IMG/VR virus record: IMGVR_UViG_3300027586_000004
Location: 30,844-94,843 of that record
DNA: 64,000 nucleotides
Origin: a virus
Strand: one strand, 5' to 3'
In this document: one piece after another, positions 19,064-28,372 of the stretch
Layout of the letters: the number at the start of each line of letters is the position of its first letter
Numbering within the stretch: position 1 is the first letter of the stretch
Notes under the pieces: generated by a model
Databases searched by the model: none
What the model was told of the DNA's origin: nothing
What the model saw: the letters and a program-made list of their open reading frames with translations, nothing else
Translations under genes and position numbers: made by a program

Positions 19064-20275
19064 CTAGTCTTCCACGATGAATCTGAATTCAAATATGTCG
19101 GTTATTTTGGATATTTCCCCCCTCTGCCCTTCGGGGATTTCTTCCGAGGAAATGATATCAATCGTATTTAGGCCGCATCTGACTTGTTTTATGCATTTGG
19201 AATTAATTTTTACTATTCTGCATTTAAGGTCTTGCAGACATGTCCCTTTCATTGAAAACGGCCTGTTTTCTAGGAATTCAAATTCTCTGTAGAGTCTGCC
19301 GCACTCGCACCTTTTGTAGGACTTTGATATTGAACACATGTCTCCATTCCAGTATCTGACAAAAGGAGAAGGAATTGAGAAATAGTCGGTGCTAATCAGT
19401 TTCCCGTCCGCCTCCTCGCACCAGGACAGATTGTCAAGAAGGTGGTAGTTTTTGTACTTGCATGTGAAAAAAGTCGCTCCTCCATCCCAGCACCTCATGT
19501 GATCGCAGACATGATCTGCTCGGCCTTCCATGAGGTAGGCCGCATCCTCCTGAAGAAGTCTTTCATTGCTGTTGCTTAGCAGGCCGCATATTTTATCGCT
19601 TATGTTCATCTTTCTCATGTAGTGGCACATGGAGTTGGTTGCGGGTCCGGGGGCGAAAATGACATCAATTCTGTATTCTAGAAGATGGCTGATTAGATTG
19701 ACGAAGAAATCACGGTGGTTGCCCTCAAAGGCCTTGAAGTTCACGTAATGGACTTCGGCCTTTCTTGATGTTCCATGGTGTTCCATGAAGTTGGCGGAGT
19801 CGTCCCGCACAGTGATTAATTTTTTAGGATCGTACTGATTGCTGTTGAAGAAATAGAGTATTTTTGGTCTTTTTGGCACATCAAATTCATCCATTATTAG
19901 ATCGTAGTGGTTCGATCCCTCTATGAAATAAAGGAAAGGCTCCCATCTCATGTATCCAAAAGGAATTCCTGTGGTGCTTCCGCTGGTCGTCATTGGTTGC
20001 GCCTCGTCCGTCGCCGATTTGACATACCACAGGTTTTTGTCCAAAAGATCTGCCTTTGATACAAAGTTCCTTTTTTTTGAATAAACGGGACTCATTTTTT
20101 GAGCCCACGCCTCTATGTTTATCTTCAGTATCCCCGTGGTCTCTAGTACTAGTTCTTCTTCCTCAAAAAGCAGATCGCGACAGAATGGCTTGTACTCATG
20201 GAGCATCTCCCTGGAAGGAAGCGAAGCATTCCTCCATTTGTATATGAATTCTTTTAGAGCCTGTGTATTCCGCAT
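19064..20275 (-). CDS. Phenylacetate-CoA-ligase/CapK-like adenylate-forming enzyme
   Basis: TTSGSTTG, PFVRYWNGD, CECGR. Confidence 0.75.
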   Translation of the reverse strand: MRNTQALKEFIYKWRNASLPSREMLHEYKPFCRDLLFEEEELVLETTGILKINIEAWAQKMSPVYSKKRNFVSKADLLDKNLWYVKSATDEAQPMTTSGSTTGIPFGYMRWEPFLYFIEGSNHYDLIMDEFDVPKRPKILYFFNSNQYDPKKLITVRDDSANFMEHHGTSRKAEVHYVNFKAFEGNHRDFFVNLISHLLEYRIDVIFAPGPATNSMCHYMRKMNISDKICGLLSNSNERLLQEDAAYLMEGRADHVCDHMRCWDGGATFFTCKYKNYHLLDNLSWCEEADGKLISTDYFSIPSPFVRYWNGDMCSISKSYKRCECGRLYREFEFLENRPFSMKGTCLQDLKCRIVKINSKCIKQVRCGLNTIDIISSEEIPEGQRGEISKITDIFEFRFIVED

Positions 20276-20952
20276 CCTTCACGCACATAGAAGTTAAGGG
20301 TGACTTTTCCGGTGTGTCTCCATGAGACATCCTTCCATCTGGATACTATGTCCCAGTCGTTGCATTTTGGAACGAACCTCCAGCCACCGTATCTATGTAT
20401 GAGGTGCCTTTTGTGCATCATCTCGCTTGTGTCTATGTGGCCGGCGGCCGGCATGGCGATATGCACTCTTTCTCCTATCACCTTCATTTCGTGGTCGTAT
20501 AGTCTTGTACCGGTGTATGCCATGTCAACATCGCCGTATTTCATTAGTGAATAGAGCGATTCAAGGTGATCCGGTTCGTACCAGTTGTCATCGTCGAGGT
20601 AGCTGATGAGATCGTTGTCTGTGTTGAGGATCGCGAAGTTTCTCGGACCCCATCCTGCAGCTCCGCAGTTGACGGGAAGGTTGAAAAAACGGAACCTCTT
20701 GTCTTTTATTGACATGCAGAAGTCCACGGCAGACCTGCAATTTTCGCATTCCCTGCAGGTGTTAAGATCGCAGGCGGTTCTGCATCCGTCTTTGACGATC
20801 ATGCAGTCGAAATTGGAATGAGTCTGCTCCATCAGTGATGCTACGGATCTCTTCAACCACTCTATTTTGGAGTGGTATGTGGGTAGACAAACCAAAACCC
20901 TATCGGACTTTCCATGTCCAGACATCTGCCTCCTTGCAGCGGCACCCGCCAT
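20254..20952 (-). CDS. GT2 family glycosyltransferase
   Basis: LPTYH, VKDG, PRN.AI, SYLDDDN. Confidence 0.88.
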   Translation of the reverse strand: MAGAAARRQMSGHGKSDRVLVCLPTYHSKIEWLKRSVASLMEQTHSNFDCMIVKDGCRTACDLNTCRECENCRSAVDFCMSIKDKRFRFFNLPVNCGAAGWGPRNFAILNTDNDLISYLDDDNWYEPDHLESLYSLMKYGDVDMAYTGTRLYDHEMKVIGERVHIAMPAAGHIDTSEMMHKRHLIHRYGGWRFVPKCNDWDIVSRWKDVSWRHTGKVTLNFYVREGCGIHRL

Positions 20953-21053
20953 GGCGGATTTACCTGCATTATTTACGCATGAAAGGCCTCATGATTTGGG
21001 TGTTTTGGAAAAAAATCTGTTCAAATGACTATTGCGGGCTATAGATATAAAAC

Positions 21054-21809
21054 ATGCCAATCGCTCTTGCCGGATTGATGTTTGTACTGATGACTTCGTT
21101 CTCTTATTCGGGAACAATCGACCCTTCAGTCCCCGATTCAAAGCATGTGGAGTATGGAAAGCAATTCGTCCATGTCGTAAAGATCAAGGGCGTGTGCAAC
21201 TGCAGGAAGAGAGACAGCGAGCATGACTTCCGTGCGAGTGCAGTAATAATTTCTCCCCACTGGGCGATGACCGCCGCTCATGTTGTCAGTTCCGCTGATG
21301 ACGTGGTGATTGTGAAGGGCGGAAAAGAGCACAAGATAAGCAAGGTCAAAATCCATAAGGATTTCGACAAGGACAAAGTTGGACACAACGACATAGCCCT
21401 GTGCCATTCCGAAGAGGATTTCGGAATGGCTTTCTATCCGGAGATGTATGTCCGCGATGACGAGGCGGGAAAGATTGCGGCCATATGCGGATATGGAATC
21501 ACCGGCACATTTTCCACGGGAGCAGTCAAGTCAGACGATCTAAAAAGGGCGGGTTCCAATGTGATTGAAAGAACAGAAAGGAACTGTCTCATATGCAAAA
21601 ATCAAGGGGGCAGGAAAACCGAACTTGAATTCATGATCGCCAGTGGTGACAGCGGAGGCGGACTTTTCATAGACGGCAAGCTGGCGGGGATAAACTCGTT
21701 CGTCATGGCGGACGATGGAAAGCCAAACTCCGACTACGGCGACGAATGCGCCCACACGAGGGTGAGCCTCTATGCAGATTGGATTAAAGAAGCAATGGGG
21801 GAGGATTGA
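21054..21809 (+). CDS. Trypsin-like (S1) serine protease with hydrophobic N-terminus
   Basis: TAAH, DIAL, GDSGG catalytic triad motifs. Confidence 0.92.
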   Translation: MPIALAGLMFVLMTSFSYSGTIDPSVPDSKHVEYGKQFVHVVKIKGVCNCRKRDSEHDFRASAVIISPHWAMTAAHVVSSADDVVIVKGGKEHKISKVKIHKDFDKDKVGHNDIALCHSEEDFGMAFYPEMYVRDDEAGKIAAICGYGITGTFSTGAVKSDDLKRAGSNVIERTERNCLICKNQGGRKTELEFMIASGDSGGGLFIDGKLAGINSFVMADDGKPNSDYGDECAHTRVSLYADWIKEAMGED

Positions 21810-22165
21810 ACAAGGTTTTCTTCAAGAAATGGATGCTTTCAAGGCCTAATGTAAAGTATGTGGGCAAGGTCGCCGTGTTCTGCTTGCCTGCGGACAAGCT
21901 CAGCGAAGAAGTGAGATCAAAAATTCACGACTTTCTCGTATCCAACTACAGCGCATACACGCACGAATCCAGTGATATAGAGGGGTATTGGGCAGGGAAA
22001 GGAAACCTTGTGAGGGATGCCCACGAAAGATACGAGGTCTCGTTCAACGGAGACGAAAACTTCAAGAGGTTTGTGGATTTCCTTTCGGAAATCTGCGCCA
22101 TGATCCGGGAGGATTCTATATATCTGACAATCGCCGACGAGTCCTACCTCGTCATGGGTCAATAG
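21806..22165 (+). CDS. Hypothetical protein
   Basis: GGAGG RBS before TTG, coupled to protease. Confidence 0.6.
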   Translation: MNKVFFKKWMLSRPNVKYVGKVAVFCLPADKLSEEVRSKIHDFLVSNYSAYTHESSDIEGYWAGKGNLVRDAHERYEVSFNGDENFKRFVDFLSEICAMIREDSIYLTIADESYLVMGQ

Positions 22166-22532
22166 TGATATACATTGTTTCAGGGGGATCCTTGAAAACG
22201 AGCCTCATGTACCCGCATACCCAAGCCTTTCTCCTTTGAGGCCCAGAAGTTATCTCGTACATCCAGCCATCCATGAACTTCTCAAGATAACTTGCGGAAG
22301 CGTCGCATTCCAACGAGGGTTCATGGGAGAATTGCAGCATGAAGTCTCCATCAATGCCCTTTCTTTTTGCGCCCTCTATAAGAAAGGAATCTACGCCGGT
22401 GACATTGGGCGGAAGAACCATGCGGACGAAATCGGGAGGCGAAAGATCGTATGTCCAACCTCCGTAATCCAGAAAGAGTTTTCCTTTTCTCTTGATAACC
22501 TTGAATTTCAATGATTTTTCAGGAATATTCAT
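22152..22532 (-). CDS. Hypothetical protein, DUF6717-like
   Basis: F.L.FS..P, GW.Y, W.C....F..PP..Y pattern recalled from that family. Confidence 0.45.
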   Translation of the reverse strand: MNIPEKSLKFKVIKRKGKLFLDYGGWTYDLSPPDFVRMVLPPNVTGVDSFLIEGAKRKGIDGDFMLQFSHEPSLECDASASYLEKFMDGWMYEITSGPQRRKAWVCGYMRLVFKDPPETMYITIDP

Positions 22533-23262
22533 GGACGAAAAGTTCCTTAAAAAGCAACTCCACATACGGACTTATGGAAGAGCGGTAGTAGACCTTGTCA
22601 AAATCCAAGGAATCTAGGTCTCCAAAAATGCGAGACATCCAGGGAGAAAGCACGGCGTAGAAAGGAGAAACCTCTCCGGTTCCTATCCATGTTTTCATCT
22701 TATCCATGTTCAGTTCCATGGGTTTAAATTCTAAAAGGCTCCTTTTTTCAAAAAATTCATATGTCGCCTTTATTTCGGAAATTATCTTGGATGATTTCGT
22801 TGAAATGTCAGATTCCTTCGAAGTCAAAACCCGCTCAAGTTTTCTTCTGTACCTGTACCGCCAGAGTTTCCATCTCTTCCATGCCTTCTCACCCACAAGG
22901 CAGTGGGGTTCTATGAGGGCGTGAACCTCTCCCTCCTTGATTGCCTTCAAAATCTGAAGTTGAGCACGGATGTATAGGCATATCTCATTGTCTTGCAAGA
23001 TTCCTTTCATTTCTTTTGCAAGTTTATAGCAGTACTTAAAAAGCGTGGACTTTCTGGGGTCTGTATTGGCCTTGAGCTTGACAAACTGCTCTTTTGGCAG
23101 TTCCCTTCTGCACTCATCCTGCCATATGAGGGCTATCTTGTAGGCCTTGGCCTCCAAGTCCGTCATCTTGTACTTAATTATAAGCTCAAGTTCCTTCATT
23201 TTTTCTCTATTGCAGAAGTTTTCAAGTCTAGTTATGATTCCAGCATGCGAAAGATCATCCAC
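22519..23262 (-). CDS. Hypothetical protein (start may be 23199)
   Basis: 247-aa ORF, divergent from the structured non-coding region. Confidence 0.7.
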   Translation of the reverse strand: MDDLSHAGIITRLENFCNREKMKELELIIKYKMTDLEAKAYKIALIWQDECRRELPKEQFVKLKANTDPRKSTLFKYCYKLAKEMKGILQDNEICLYIRAQLQILKAIKEGEVHALIEPHCLVGEKAWKRWKLWRYRYRRKLERVLTSKESDISTKSSKIISEIKATYEFFEKRSLLEFKPMELNMDKMKTWIGTGEVSPFYAVLSPWMSRIFGDLDSLDFDKVYYRSSISPYVELLFKELFVHEYS

Positions 23263-23340
23263 TAACTATCATAACCTAATAACCTGAAACTTTCAACGTT
23301 TTCGTGGGATGAAATTTCGCAAGAGTAAATGTTTGGCATT

Positions 23341-23700
23341 CCCGTATTTCGGTACGGGCGGCCGGGTTAAAAACTCCCCGGCAGTTCGAAGCCTTGCGCT
23401 GAGACGCGTGTATGACTGAGGGGCTGAATCGTTTGGATGAAAGACTTTTATTGTAGTGAGAGCTGCATTTTTCCGTGTAACCCGATACTAGTTGATGTAT
23501 CACGGGGCCTGGGTCACGGTCCGCAATGGAGACAGATCAAAAAGTCAGTTTAGTCCGGATAGAGGAACGGTAAAGGTATAGCCAGACAGCGGTATTGTTG
23601 AACTCAAAAAGAAGGCAAGGATATAAGAACTAGGCAATTGGATCACTCTAATTAACTAGTTCTTATATAAGGGTCTCCTGAGGGAAGGCCCCCTTTCTAG
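23341..23700 (+). ncRNA. Candidate structured non-coding RNA or origin-like element
   Basis: Longest gene-free gap; UUCG-capped hairpin 23341-23358, GCCGGG/CCCGGC stem 23361-23382, nested stems ~23473-23519, 13-bp inverted repeat 23621-23633/23656-23668 with inner G-U stem. Confidence 0.5.
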
Positions 23701-23723
23701 ACACACTAAATAAAGGAATATAA

Positions 23724-23933
23724 ATGAACGATAAAAGCAGAAGACTTGAGGATTTGACTGGAAAGAGACTTAAGCCAAGGAAGGAGAACAACAGGAGGCT
23801 TCGCAGGAACATCAGAAGGATCGCAGAAAGAAAGGGAATAACCTACAAGGAGGCCATACTCAAGTTCTACAAGGTTCACAGCTATAAGGAACTAGATAAG
23901 AATCTTATTTATTCGCTTAACAAAGGCAAGTAA
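23724..23933 (+). CDS. Small Arg/Lys-rich protein
   Basis: AAAGGA RBS; highly basic 69 aa. Confidence 0.6.
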   Translation: MNDKSRRLEDLTGKRLKPRKENNRRLRRNIRRIAERKGITYKEAILKFYKVHSYKELDKNLIYSLNKGK

Positions 23934-23945
23934 ATCTGTTAGAAT
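23917..23945 (+). promoter_or_regulatory. Sigma70-type promoter for the polymerase, probably leaderless
   Basis: TTAACA-17 nt-(TGn)TAGAAT, ATG 7 nt downstream. Confidence 0.55.
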
Positions 23946-23952
23946 CTATTAG

Positions 23953-25260
23953 ATGAGCGTGTTTTCCGAAATACTCCCGAGGATAAAGGGGCAGGACGTA
24001 TATTTATATCTCTCCAAGGAGAACCCGGATTGGCAAAACCACAAGCAGGATGTCAGCCTTGTGGTTCATTTCGGAGGCAAGAGGGTCACGCTCCCCCTAG
24101 GCGACTCTTCTGACCTTAACTACCTCGTCTCCTCGCTCTACCACTTCCTGGACAAGGACAGGCTCGTTATTGCGTGGAGAGCCAAGGAAATCTTCTCCTA
24201 CCTCAAGGGTCGTACGGAGATGAGCCTGGAAGTACATAACCAGGTCTATGACCTCTCCCTCATCTCGTCATATCTCGGATCATCCCCTTTGCGTCCCGAA
24301 AACTTCAGGGATGCGGTCTCGCTGCTGAAGAGGCTGATGTCCGATCCGCTCTGGAAGAAATTTTCACCATACTACTCCGCCATACAAGTTCCCATGTTAT
24401 CGTCGATACTTCCCGAAATGGAGACGGGATGCATTGTCGATAACAAGAGGAAGAAGTGCGTGTATCCGACCTATGTGATGGAGGGCCAGGCCAACGGAAG
24501 ACTCAGCACCACCAAGGTCAATTCGTCCTCCTACAACCCCCATTCCATAGGCAAGGAAGAGAAGTCGAATCTCCGTCCTAGTGGCTACGACGAGGCATTT
24601 GTCTGCTACGACTACAGGAACATGGAGGTGGCCGTCCTGCAGTGGCTGTCGGGCGACCCAGCCCTGGCGTCAATCCTGGAATCGGGCAAGGATCTCTACA
24701 AGGAGATATGGCGTAAGATCACAAGGCAGGATCCCACCGACGCCCATAGAAAAATATGCAAGAACACATTTCTTCCGGTCGTTTTCGGACAGGGCAAGGC
24801 GTCTCTGGCCAAAAATCTGGGATCATCGGAAAAAATTGCTGCCAAGCTCATAAATAGCCTCGTCGATACCTTTCCCGTTGCTTTCGACTGGGTCAATGCC
24901 CAGTCACCCGACAGCAACAACACGGCAACTGATGTTTTTGGCCGCAGAAGAACTTTTGACGGACACGAACTGTACAAAATTAAAAATTTTTGTATCCAGT
25001 CGCCAGCGAGCATGATTTGTTTGAGAAAACTTGTGAAATTGCACGATGCCCTGGCTAGTAAGGCCAGCATCGGTTTTCATGTGCATGACGGATATTGCGT
25101 AATTTGCCATAAAAAGAACCTTGTTTCCACCTGCGAACTCGGAGCGAGTGTCCTCGAGGAGGAGGATGAAATGTTCCCCGGCCTATTACTCAAGACCACA
25201 TGCAAGTTCGGACAAAATCTCAATGATTTAGAAACTTTTACCAAGAGGATAAAGATATGA
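23953..25260 (+). CDS. Family A DNA polymerase, short (435 aa), thumb apparently deleted
   Basis: NGRLS, motif A DYRNMEVAVLQWLSGD, motif B RKICKNTFLPVVFG, FGRRR, NFCIQ, motif C HVHDG. Confidence 0.88.
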   Translation: MSVFSEILPRIKGQDVYLYLSKENPDWQNHKQDVSLVVHFGGKRVTLPLGDSSDLNYLVSSLYHFLDKDRLVIAWRAKEIFSYLKGRTEMSLEVHNQVYDLSLISSYLGSSPLRPENFRDAVSLLKRLMSDPLWKKFSPYYSAIQVPMLSSILPEMETGCIVDNKRKKCVYPTYVMEGQANGRLSTTKVNSSSYNPHSIGKEEKSNLRPSGYDEAFVCYDYRNMEVAVLQWLSGDPALASILESGKDLYKEIWRKITRQDPTDAHRKICKNTFLPVVFGQGKASLAKNLGSSEKIAAKLINSLVDTFPVAFDWVNAQSPDSNNTATDVFGRRRTFDGHELYKIKNFCIQSPASMICLRKLVKLHDALASKASIGFHVHDGYCVICHKKNLVSTCELGASVLEEEDEMFPGLLLKTTCKFGQNLNDLETFTKRIKI

Positions 25261-25814
25261 AGATGATTCAGGATTCCTTCCCCGTCACCGAAGAGGAGTA
25301 TCTTCTTCTGGACGGCAAGTTCGGCGAACTCTGCGAATACCAGGCCTGGCAGCTTATAAAAAAGAACACCAGGAACAACCACACGGACGCTCAGGAGGAC
25401 ATCGCGCAGGACATGCGGATCGCCCTCCTCCGCGCGGCCTCGTACTACAAGAGGCAGTGCTACATCGAGGAGTGCCTTGATAAATGCGAGAAGCATGTCA
25501 AGGACGCGGTAATCAAGAGCGTCCTGAAGCAGCTTCAGAACCTGTGGGAGAACAAGACGAGGCACGGCGCGAACAAGCAGAAGTTCGGCCCGCATCAGGA
25601 AAAGATGCTTGAAAAGCTCGTAAAATCCCTCGTCCCTTCCAAGGAGAGGCCGAACAGGAAGGCTTCTTTGAGGATAGACACGAAGTTCATCACCTACTGC
25701 AAGGCGATAACATGGAATGCGCAAAAGTCGCTCGGCAAGAGGATAACTAGGGAGAAGTCAATCAGGACCGGGATGGTCTCCCTGTCCGAATACGACTACC
25801 TAGGCGGAAATTAA
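25257..25814 (+). CDS. Putative phage sigma factor (region 2 only, gp55-like)
   Basis: EDIAQDMRIALLRAA and TKFITYCKAITWNA...RITREK resemble sigma regions 2.2-2.4 separated by an insertion; no region 4. Confidence 0.55.
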   Translation: MKMIQDSFPVTEEEYLLLDGKFGELCEYQAWQLIKKNTRNNHTDAQEDIAQDMRIALLRAASYYKRQCYIEECLDKCEKHVKDAVIKSVLKQLQNLWENKTRHGANKQKFGPHQEKMLEKLVKSLVPSKERPNRKASLRIDTKFITYCKAITWNAQKSLGKRITREKSIRTGMVSLSEYDYLGGN

Positions 25815-28372
25815 TGTCAAAAATCTGTGTTGTCCAATTTTATACTTCCAATGTTTCCTACGGTAGTTTTGCCGAGGAGATAAACAGAAAATATTGCGAA
25901 GCACAGGGATATGACTATTTCATTGAAAAGGATGACGAGAAGCTGAAATCTATGGCGGAAGGCCGGGCCTTCACATGGATAAAGCCTAAGTTGATAGGCG
26001 AGGTCATAGGCAAGTACGACCACGTCTTGTTCATGGATATTGACGCCATATTCTCCAATCAAGAAATGAGGATAGAGGAGTTCTTAGATTCCGGCTACGA
26101 TCTGATCGCCGCCGAAGACTACAGCCGTCATTCCAAGATGAATGCCGGGGTGCTACTTTTCAGCAATTCATCTTGGACTTCTGATTTTTTGAGAAAATGG
26201 TGGGAGTCAGGCGATAATTTGAAAGGTTCGGACATTGCTGAACTGGGAACAAACAATGATCAGCCTGGGTATTTCAAGCATGGCTATTGGCATGATCAAT
26301 CCTGCTTGTCTTATTTGTACTTGAATGGATATGGCGACCGCATCAAGGTAATCAGCAACAGAAGTTTCAACTGGCGGGAATACAACCAAGACAATTTCAT
26401 TTTTCACGCATTCGCCAGGGGGCACAGGCGAAACAGGTCTTTGGACACGATACACGCCAAAATTTTTGGCACAAAGATAAATCCGGAAGAGATGACGCTT
26501 GCGCAGTTGGCAGAGTTTTACGGCACCGATAAAGAGTATGAGCATCGCTATGTCACCAACCACTATGAAAGAATATTTGCGTTCTATAGAAAAAAGGCAA
26601 AAAGGTTTTGTGAGATAGGAATTGCAGACGGGGTTTCACTCATGATGTTCCGCGATTATTTTTCTGAAGCCACTATAGTGGGATGCGATCTTGTGGACAA
26701 ATCAATAGAAGAAGATAGGGTTTTCGTCGTAAAAATGAATCAGTCCGTAGATGCTGAAATTGATTCATTTTGTGAGTCACAGGATGACTTTGACATTATA
26801 TTGGACGACGGATCGCACAAGATGAGGGATCAGCAGGTCACATTTTCAAAGCTTTTCAGAAAGCTCAATCCGGGCGGGCTGTTTATCATTGAGGATCTGC
26901 ACACAAGCACGGAGGCCCGCATGCCCGAGAAATCTGTATACAACTGGGGCGATCCTGAAAAGACCACCACTTTGGAGATGTTGGAAAACTTCATGTCTTC
27001 CGGAAAAATAAAGTCCGACTACCTCACTGAAGAAGAATCCAGATATTTGGAGGAAAACATAGAATCTTGTGAGGTTTTGAAAAAAGATAGTCATTACTTC
27101 AGCATAACTTCTGTTTTGAAGAAAAAGTCTATGTCTGTTGATTTTGACAAGACAAAGGCTTCCGAAAAAAATTTTGAAAAGCCAAAGATACTATTTCTTG
27201 CGTACACAAGCAAGAAATACAAGGGACATGGCATAGAAATTGATAGGTCTGATCTTACAAGAAAAATGTCATGCATGGAGACATGGGTTCCTAGGATAGA
27301 GGCCCTAGGACATGAAGTTATTTTTTTTGATGGAGGAAATGACAATCAATTCTTTGACAAAAAGAATAAAACACTGCATCTTATTTCAAATGAATCTTAC
27401 GATTATCACCATCTCAAAGAAATTGGGTTTGGTTCTCTCATGCTAGAACGCTTAAAGGAGGCCATCTCCTGGTGTCTTGAAAACAGGGATTTTGATTACA
27501 TATTCAGGACTGATGACGGCTCTTATCTGAATGCGTGGAAGTTGGGAGATTTTTTAGAAGAGCTGAAGAGCGAGCCAGGTGCGGTATTTTCTTCTGCGGG
27601 CGGAGGAGGTGCGGGCATTGCCTTTTCTAGAAAAACTTGTGAACTTTTGGCTTCATATGAAAACAAATCAAAGATACACATAGAAGATGTTGCTATTTTT
27701 AAGTTTTTTACCGACCTAGGCATCAACGGGATTTCAAGTTCAATTCTTTGGCCCAATTATGTTCTGGGAGAAAAATTCTTTAGTTTTCACTACACAAATG
27801 GAAAAAGACAGTACTTCGCAGACGATGTCATTTCTTACTACAACAATGGAATTCCCATAAGAAGAAAAGTTATGATAAACTTTCCTTTTGACTTAATGGA
27901 AAATGAATTTCACTATTTGCCAATAAAAACATGGGATTTTGAGAATTCAGAAAAAACTCCAATTTGGTATTCATTTGAAAAAGACGATCAAAATTGGGAG
28001 TATATTGGAAACTACGCCCGATCAGGCCTCTGTGTCAATCAACAATGCCCTTTTGGAATCAAATCCATAAATGAACTTGCTTTTTGGAATGTAAGCTTTG
28101 ATACTTCTTTAATTCATGAGGAAAGAATTTTCATGGATTATGTTGAATCCGTGATGGACAAAGGAGTTTTGTATTTCAATCTTACTGAAGATTTCACTCA
28201 AAGGTTGGGCGAAAATACAAAGCCATTTGGATTCGCAGATGTGAACATTGAGAGTTATATTGGTGGGGTTGAATCCTATATGGATGTTTTAGAAGTAGAC
28301 CACAACTCGGACTTCAATCCCACATTCAAGCTTTCAGGCAAGGTTACAACAATAAAGGCCAAAAAAAGATGA
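25814..28372 (+). CDS. Multidomain GT34-like glycosyltransferase / SAM methyltransferase / second glycosyltransferase
   Basis: FMDIDA, NAGV, HDQ (GT34); GTDK, EIGI, DDGSH, IEDLHTS (MTase); YIFRTDDGSY (GT31-like). Confidence 0.82.
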   Translation: MSKICVVQFYTSNVSYGSFAEEINRKYCEAQGYDYFIEKDDEKLKSMAEGRAFTWIKPKLIGEVIGKYDHVLFMDIDAIFSNQEMRIEEFLDSGYDLIAAEDYSRHSKMNAGVLLFSNSSWTSDFLRKWWESGDNLKGSDIAELGTNNDQPGYFKHGYWHDQSCLSYLYLNGYGDRIKVISNRSFNWREYNQDNFIFHAFARGHRRNRSLDTIHAKIFGTKINPEEMTLAQLAEFYGTDKEYEHRYVTNHYERIFAFYRKKAKRFCEIGIADGVSLMMFRDYFSEATIVGCDLVDKSIEEDRVFVVKMNQSVDAEIDSFCESQDDFDIILDDGSHKMRDQQVTFSKLFRKLNPGGLFIIEDLHTSTEARMPEKSVYNWGDPEKTTTLEMLENFMSSGKIKSDYLTEEESRYLEENIESCEVLKKDSHYFSITSVLKKKSMSVDFDKTKASEKNFEKPKILFLAYTSKKYKGHGIEIDRSDLTRKMSCMETWVPRIEALGHEVIFFDGGNDNQFFDKKNKTLHLISNESYDYHHLKEIGFGSLMLERLKEAISWCLENRDFDYIFRTDDGSYLNAWKLGDFLEELKSEPGAVFSSAGGGGAGIAFSRKTCELLASYENKSKIHIEDVAIFKFFTDLGINGISSSILWPNYVLGEKFFSFHYTNGKRQYFADDVISYYNNGIPIRRKVMINFPFDLMENEFHYLPIKTWDFENSEKTPIWYSFEKDDQNWEYIGNYARSGLCVNQQCPFGIKSINELAFWNVSFDTSLIHEERIFMDYVESVMDKGVLYFNLTEDFTQRLGENTKPFGFADVNIESYIGGVESYMDVLEVDHNSDFNPTFKLSGKVTTIKAKKR

